The translations under genes and the position numbers were made by a program. The notes below the pieces were generated by a model. The model searched no databases and had not been told where the DNA came from. It saw only the letters and a list, made by a program, of their open reading frames with translations. DNA of 37,545 nt from Candidatus Woesearchaeota archaeon (GTDB lineage Archaea; Nanobdellota; Nanobdellia; Woesearchaeales; JAHJEM01). Position 1 is the first letter of the stretch. Every line of letters starts with the position of its first letter. The stretch spans positions 1-37,545 of the forward strand of contig JAFGHY010000043.1 in the NCBI GenBank assembly GCA_016929855.1, written 5' to 3'. Positions 33,201 to 37,545 of the stretch are shown here, in pieces.

Positions 33201-34448
33201 TTAGTGCAGCAATCCTGGAAAGAAAAGCAACACAATACCTAGTATCAGCATTATGAATCCGCCGATCCATTTGCAGTGCTTTGCATACCTGTCTCCTACT
33301 GCTTTGTTGACTGCGAATGCTGCGAGCCCGAAAATAATCAGGTCGTCAAGCATGAAGAAGAACGTGTAAAGAAGGATGTAAATGTAGTACTGCCATCCTG
33401 GAAGGTTAGCGAGCGAAAGTACTTGAGTATAGACTGCAGGTATTGCTGACGAGCATACGAACTCTATGCTGTTCACGACGAATGCCAGGCCTATGATGCC
33501 TATCATGGTGGCTATGCTCATCGGTGCGTAGACGATGTGCTTCATCTTGTCCATTGTCTTCTTCTTGCTCTCAAGGTCGCCGACTTTGCATGCGAGGGGG
33601 CCTTTGGTTATGAAGACTTCCCTTAGATTGAGAAGGGCGAATCCTGTCGCGAAAATTCCGATGATTATCGTGAGGGGCCTGAAGAATCCTATCAGCAGGA
33701 ATACGTTCAGCCATGCGGTCATGAAGAGGTAGTATAATATGCCTGATGCCAGTATGAAGGTACCTACCAACAGCCAGATTCTTCGCCTGTCTTTTAGGCC
33801 GACGATGAGTCCGATGAGATACACGAGCACCCACATTGCGCAAGGGTTGAAACCGTCAACCAGTCCGAGTATGATGCTCAATGCTCCCAGCGAGAAGTCT
33901 TGGATTTTGATCTCGCCGAAAATTCCTGCATCGACTGTCTCTGGAATATCAGAAATCAGATTTTCTGTGCCTTCTATTGGGAACAGGGCTTGCTCTTCTG
34001 TGACGTTGCACGTCAGGGCTTGGCATGTTGCGAGCTTGTCCTCAATCTGCCTGCCAATCCCTTCTGCATTATCGAATCCGATTATGTATTCATCCCTAAT
34101 AAAAGCGACAGGAACACTGCCCCATCTATCCTGCGGGACGCCGAACTGTTCGTACAATTTCACAATCCTATCCCTCTTGCTGGGATTTGTGATGTCAATC
34201 TCAACAAAGTTTATGTTTGGATAGTGAGGTTTTATCTCTTCCAGCCATTCCTTCTGGGCATTACAGTGAGGGCAGGTCGGGCTGTGCAGGAAGTACACGT
34301 CCATGTCTGTGTCTGCGACAGGAACTGGCGGTTCAGCTTGTCCGTACTCGACTGCAAATAGTATTATTCCTATAAGCACTAGAAAGAGTATCATGAATCT
34401 CTTGAACTTGTCAGTCCAGCAGTCCTTCAGTGTAGATTTCACTCCCAT
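33201..34448 (-). CDS. Thioredoxin-like domain fused to a DsbD/CcdA-type thiol-disulfide transporter membrane domain
   Basis: An N-terminal TM is followed by a Trx/Grx-like domain with a CxxC (HSPTCPHCNAQKEW...VPVAFI). The polytopic domain carries LGLVDGFNPCAMWVLVYLIG, the NPC motif of CcdA/DsbD. Confidence 0.75.
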   Translation of the reverse strand: MGVKSTLKDCWTDKFKRFMILFLVLIGIILFAVEYGQAEPPVPVADTDMDVYFLHSPTCPHCNAQKEWLEEIKPHYPNINFVEIDITNPSKRDRIVKLYEQFGVPQDRWGSVPVAFIRDEYIIGFDNAEGIGRQIEDKLATCQALTCNVTEEQALFPIEGTENLISDIPETVDAGIFGEIKIQDFSLGALSIILGLVDGFNPCAMWVLVYLIGLIVGLKDRRRIWLLVGTFILASGILYYLFMTAWLNVFLLIGFFRPLTIIIGIFATGFALLNLREVFITKGPLACKVGDLESKKKTMDKMKHIVYAPMSIATMIGIIGLAFVVNSIEFVCSSAIPAVYTQVLSLANLPGWQYYIYILLYTFFFMLDDLIIFGLAAFAVNKAVGDRYAKHCKWIGGFIMLILGIVLLFFPGLLH

Positions 34449-34510
34449 TTATAAAGCGAGATTAAAAGGGGTTTATATAGATTTGGGTGTAAATTCTTTT
34501 CAGGCAACAT

Positions 34511-34816
34511 TCATATTTCCACTATCACTCCGCTCATTCCGCAGTAGAAGAATGCTTTGTTCACGGGAACGTGTTTTCTTATCCGCTGGATTTGTTTGCG
34601 GGTCTTCACGAACCTTGGCGAGCATTTGACCTCGTAGACGTCGTACTTGTGGTCCTTGACTGCTATGACGTCTATCTCTCCGATGACTCGTCTTCGCCTG
34701 TCGTTTGAATGCAGCAGAACATTTTTAGAAATATGGTCGTAATCCCCCTCGATTAGGTCGCAAAGCTCTTCAACGTACCTGTCGTGCTTGTTGAGTTTGT
34801 CGGTCGTCACTTCCAT
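34511..34816 (-). CDS. Small PD-(D/E)xK nuclease-fold protein, YraN/UPF0102-like (putative)
   Basis: 101 aa. GEIDVIAVKDHKYDVYEVKCS fits the D...(E/D)xK core seen as GEIDLIA....FVEVK in YraN-like proteins. Confidence 0.4.
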   Translation of the reverse strand: MEVTTDKLNKHDRYVEELCDLIEGDYDHISKNVLLHSNDRRRRVIGEIDVIAVKDHKYDVYEVKCSPRFVKTRKQIQRIRKHVPVNKAFFYCGMSGVIVEI

Positions 34817-34899
34817 TCCTAAAGTCAGGGCTTCAGGAACAAGAAAATATTGGTATTACGGGTATTTAAAGACTGTTGTCTTGCAGTTTCTATTTTGTG

Positions 34900-35367
34900 C
34901 TATTTTAGTATTCCCATCTTCTTGAATATCTTGATTGATAGGGGCGGCAGTGTTATATCCTTCAGCTTGTCCAGGCTAACCCATGCCACCTTGTCAGTCT
35001 CGTATGAGTCCTCGTGCTCTTCCTTCTCTCCGGTAATATTTGCCTTGAATACGATGCCGAAAGTATGGTAGTAGCGGTCCTCGTCAGCCGCGTAGTAAAG
35101 TTCGTCGACAATACAGACCGGGTCGCCTTGCAGTCGGATGTTGTATCCTGTCTCTTCCTTCACTTCTCTTTCGCAGGCTTCTGCCATTGTCTCTGTGATC
35201 TCCATTCCGCCGCCAGGGATGGTCCACATCTTGTGCTGCTTGCCATGTATTAAAAGAATTTTGTCATTCTCGATTACTACGGCATAGGCTGAAGGCCTCC
35301 ATGTTGCTTCCTTGCCTTTTGGTAGTTCGTAAAGTTTGTTGTACCAGTCTCTGAATTTTGCTGTCAT
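34900..35367 (-). CDS. NUDIX hydrolase
   Basis: The Nudix box is PGGGMEITETMAEACEREVKEETGY (GX5EX7REUXEEXGU). Its ATG overlaps the elp3 stop (ATGA at 35364-35367). Confidence 0.9.
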   Translation of the reverse strand: MTAKFRDWYNKLYELPKGKEATWRPSAYAVVIENDKILLIHGKQHKMWTIPGGGMEITETMAEACEREVKEETGYNIRLQGDPVCIVDELYYAADEDRYYHTFGIVFKANITGEKEEHEDSYETDKVAWVSLDKLKDITLPPLSIKIFKKMGILK

Positions 35368-37055
35368 AATGTTTTCACCACATACGGTTCTTCCAGCTTG
35401 TACCCTAGTTTATAATAGTATTCTCTCACTCCGACTCCGCTTATCACGATCATCTTGTCCTTGCCGTTCTGCCTGGCAATCTGTTCTGCCTTCTCGATGA
35501 GGAGTCGGCCGAAGCCTTTGTGCTGCACATCATTTTTCAGGGCTTTGTCGCCGATGTTCTTTGCCTGGCCGTACACGTGGAGCTCTCTGATTATGGCTGT
35601 AGTAGGTGTGATGTTCTTTATTAGCTGTTGGCCGGGAAACCTCAATCTCAGGAATCCTATGATGTTGTCTTCGCTCACCAATGAAATGAAGTATTCCTTT
35701 CCGCCGCTGGAGTCGTATTCTATTGTCTCTTCCTTGACTTCCTTGATTTCTTTACCGCGGATCTCACGGCAGCGTATGCACTGGCAACTGTATTTTTTCT
35801 TCTGCATAAGCTGGTCGATGTACTGCCTGAAATTTGTTAGCTTGACGCCGTCAACAGTGACTTTTGTTGGGATGTCGCGCTGGACTCGCATGATCCTGCA
35901 GTATTTTGGCACGTCCTTCTTCATCTCGCATATTATTTCTGCAGCGTCTTCTGTAGTGATGGGCTTGAACTTTCCTGCATGGTAGTCTTTTTCAAGCTCT
36001 GTGCCCGGCATGACCATCAACGGATATATTTTCAGCATGTCCGGCCTGAAGTCTGGGTTGTTAAACAATTCTTTCAATCCTTGAAGGTCTTGTTTCTTGC
36101 TCATGCCTGGAATTCCGGGCATCATGTGATAGTTCAGCTTGAAGCCGAGGTCTTTCAGTTCCTGGATGGATTTTATGTTTTCTGCAAGGCCGTGCCCTCT
36201 TTTTATCCTGTGCAGGGCGTCGTCGTAAACACTTTGTATTCCTAACTCGATTCTTGTCGTGCCATAACGCAGCATTTCTATACCGTGCTCTTTCAGCCCC
36301 CAGTCAGGCCTGGTTTCTATTGTTAAACCCACGCACTTTATGTTGCTTGTTTCGTTCCTGCGTTTTTCCTTTTCTATGTTTGTCTTGTCATGGCCTTTCT
36401 GTTTCAGCTCGAGCATCTTTTTGTGCAGGCTTGTCCTGCGCTGCTTGTCGTGGATGTCTCCGGGAAGCTCGAAGAATTTCCTGAACTTGAGGATCCTGAA
36501 ATCGCCTTGTTTAGTATAGAATTCCTTGCTGAAGTCGTTCATTGCCTTGTACGTGTTGAGGATGTAGTCTTCCTTGTACCTGGCAGGCATTGCTATGAAT
36601 GTCCCGCCCATTATTATCAGCTCGACTTTTTCCGGGCTCTGCCCGAGGACTACGTACTGTTCTAGCCTGTTGAATATCTGCAAGTACGGGTCCCATAAAT
36701 TGCGCATGCCTCGCATTGTGGCGGGCTCGTTGCCCGTGTAGGACTGGGGGACGTCTCCGAAGAATGAGCCTTTCCCGCCGGGGCACATTGTGCACGTGCC
36801 ATGGGGGCACTTCCAGGGCTTTGTCATGATAGCTACAACTGTTACTCCACTGCCAGTTCTTACTGGTTTGCTGGCCAAGTATTTCTCTAGTTTCTTGACT
36901 TGGCTTGGTTTTGCGTGCAGAAGTAAGGCGATATCTGTAGGAATTTCTTTAGCTTTGTGCTGTCCGCATAGCACAACTTTGCGTTTCATTAATTGCTCTT
37001 TAGTGTACTTGTGAGTTAGTATTTCTTCTATTAGCGCATCGTAAAGTTTTTTCAT
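35364..37055 (-). CDS. elp3: Elp3 family tRNA uridine(34) modification radical-SAM/GNAT enzyme
   Basis: The radical-SAM cluster region is CPHGTCTMCPGG, the TIM-barrel region has TIETRPD and RIELGIQS, and there is a C-terminal GNAT (HKGFGRLLIEKAEQIA). The start is set at MKKLYDAL (37055) because the TATA at 37078-37087 is centred 27 nt upstream. Confidence 0.9.
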   Translation of the reverse strand: MKKLYDALIEEILTHKYTKEQLMKRKVVLCGQHKAKEIPTDIALLLHAKPSQVKKLEKYLASKPVRTGSGVTVVAIMTKPWKCPHGTCTMCPGGKGSFFGDVPQSYTGNEPATMRGMRNLWDPYLQIFNRLEQYVVLGQSPEKVELIIMGGTFIAMPARYKEDYILNTYKAMNDFSKEFYTKQGDFRILKFRKFFELPGDIHDKQRRTSLHKKMLELKQKGHDKTNIEKEKRRNETSNIKCVGLTIETRPDWGLKEHGIEMLRYGTTRIELGIQSVYDDALHRIKRGHGLAENIKSIQELKDLGFKLNYHMMPGIPGMSKKQDLQGLKELFNNPDFRPDMLKIYPLMVMPGTELEKDYHAGKFKPITTEDAAEIICEMKKDVPKYCRIMRVQRDIPTKVTVDGVKLTNFRQYIDQLMQKKKYSCQCIRCREIRGKEIKEVKEETIEYDSSGGKEYFISLVSEDNIIGFLRLRFPGQQLIKNITPTTAIIRELHVYGQAKNIGDKALKNDVQHKGFGRLLIEKAEQIARQNGKDKMIVISGVGVREYYYKLGYKLEEPYVVKTL

Positions 37056-37077
37056 TGTTTTTTGGATATGGGGGTTG

Positions 37078-37087
37078 TTTTTAAAGG
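37078..37087 (-). promoter_or_regulatory. TATA box (CCTTTAAAAA on the minus strand) for elp3
   Basis: Centre is about 27.5 nt upstream of the ATG at 37055. Confidence 0.5.
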
Positions 37088-37545
37088 TATATTTTGTAGT
37101 GGTGATCGAAGGATTCAATAATGATTTTTTTCTCCTTGTGGTCGATTTGAATTTTGAAGGAGTAGATTCAGCGACACAGTCATTCGTACACGCTCTTATC
37201 AGCGATGTTATACGCAAGTATAGTGTTGAAATAATTGATAGGATTAGCTTCAAGAATTGCTCAACCACCATACGAAAGATTATTGAGATTGTGATCGACT
37301 ACATGCAGGAAAGCGAGATGTGAAGAATTTTTCTGAATCATGGACATCATAAAGAACGTTGAGTCTATCTTCAGGAACGCAGTTCAACTGCTAAAACTCC
37401 CGATCCCGCAACCTTCTAAAGACTGCGAGTATTGCAGGTGGATTGAACAAAACAAATAATTTCTCCGGAATTCTTTCCACAACCACTGGACAGGTTATCG
37501 CAGGATATTTTAGTGTGGTTTTGCTTTTTATTTTTATGGTAGGAA

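Noticed and set aside
33048-33242. 64-aa TTG-initiated ORF across the GC-rich island between tmk and the dsbD-like gene
   Set aside because: It has a non-ATG start, no TATA or SD, and overlaps the 3' end of the converging gene. The island is reported as a possible RNA or structure instead, without confidence.
37056-37271. 72-codon N-terminal extension of elp3
   Set aside because: The extension has no Elp3 similarity and would contain the TATA box (37078-37087), which sits 27 nt upstream of ATG 37055. The Elp3 homology starts at MKKLYDAL.
1-37545. Search by eye for CRISPR arrays, tRNA/rRNA genes, IS elements, integrases, toxin-antitoxin pairs or known defence-system hallmarks
   Set aside because: There are no spaced direct-repeat arrays and no T-loop/acceptor-like sequences in the spacers. 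No transposase/integrase-like ORFs or terminal inverted repeats were seen. The only nuclease-like gene (34511-34816) stands alone without a partner typical of defence systems. A tRNAscan/Infernal/PADLOC run would be needed to be certain.

Overview
Archaeal chromosomal fragment of roughly 43% GC by eye. The archaeal call rests on AglB/STT3, Elp3, an NreA-family protein, a geranylgeranyl reductase, and TATA boxes about 25-30 nt upstream of many ATGs, which implies leaderless mRNAs. A small-genome uncultivated lineage such as DPANN is only a guess. I call about 29 protein genes. By eye I saw no rRNA, tRNA, CRISPR array, transposase or integrase. The window has three blocks. (1) 1-15.4 kb is a glycosylation island. 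It holds two SGNH esterase/acyl-modifying genes around a DUF5989 micro-protein, two GT-C (ArnT/PMT-like) membrane glycosyltransferases and three GT2 genes. Two of the GT2 genes are GtrB/DPM1-type polyprenyl-phosphate glycosyltransferase paralogues flanking aglB. The island also has a flippase-like UPF0104 membrane protein, a geranylgeranyl-reductase homologue, and a 1,304-aa AglB oligosaccharyltransferase fused through an acidic linker to a complete C-terminal cyclophilin PPIase domain. (2) 15.7-23.3 kb is a co-directional four-gene cell-surface module. Its first gene encodes a 638-aa protein whose Gly/aromatic-rich C-terminal half looks like a membrane beta-barrel ending in Phe. The second encodes a translationally coupled 759-aa secreted, C-terminally anchored protein with thrombospondin type-3 Ca-binding repeats, a striking DWDC/Tyr low-complexity block and CARDB-like domains. 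Two further anchored multi-domain surface proteins follow. (3) 23.4-37.5 kb is a housekeeping/accessory mix: GNAT, NreA divergent from an N4BP2-like P-loop polynucleotide kinase, and an operon of formylglutamate-amidohydrolase-like, GCS2 carboxylate-amine ligase-like and two small membrane proteins, divergent from an MsbA-type ABC exporter. It also contains tmk, a thioredoxin-DsbD/CcdA fusion, a YraN-like nuclease, NUDIX and Elp3. The best candidates for something new are the AglB-cyclophilin fusion inside a two-branch Gtr-like glycosylation island, the surface operon with the barrel-like protein and DWDC repeat, and the amidoligase/amidohydrolase/small-membrane-protein operon. All functional calls come from motif recognition by eye; no searches were run.
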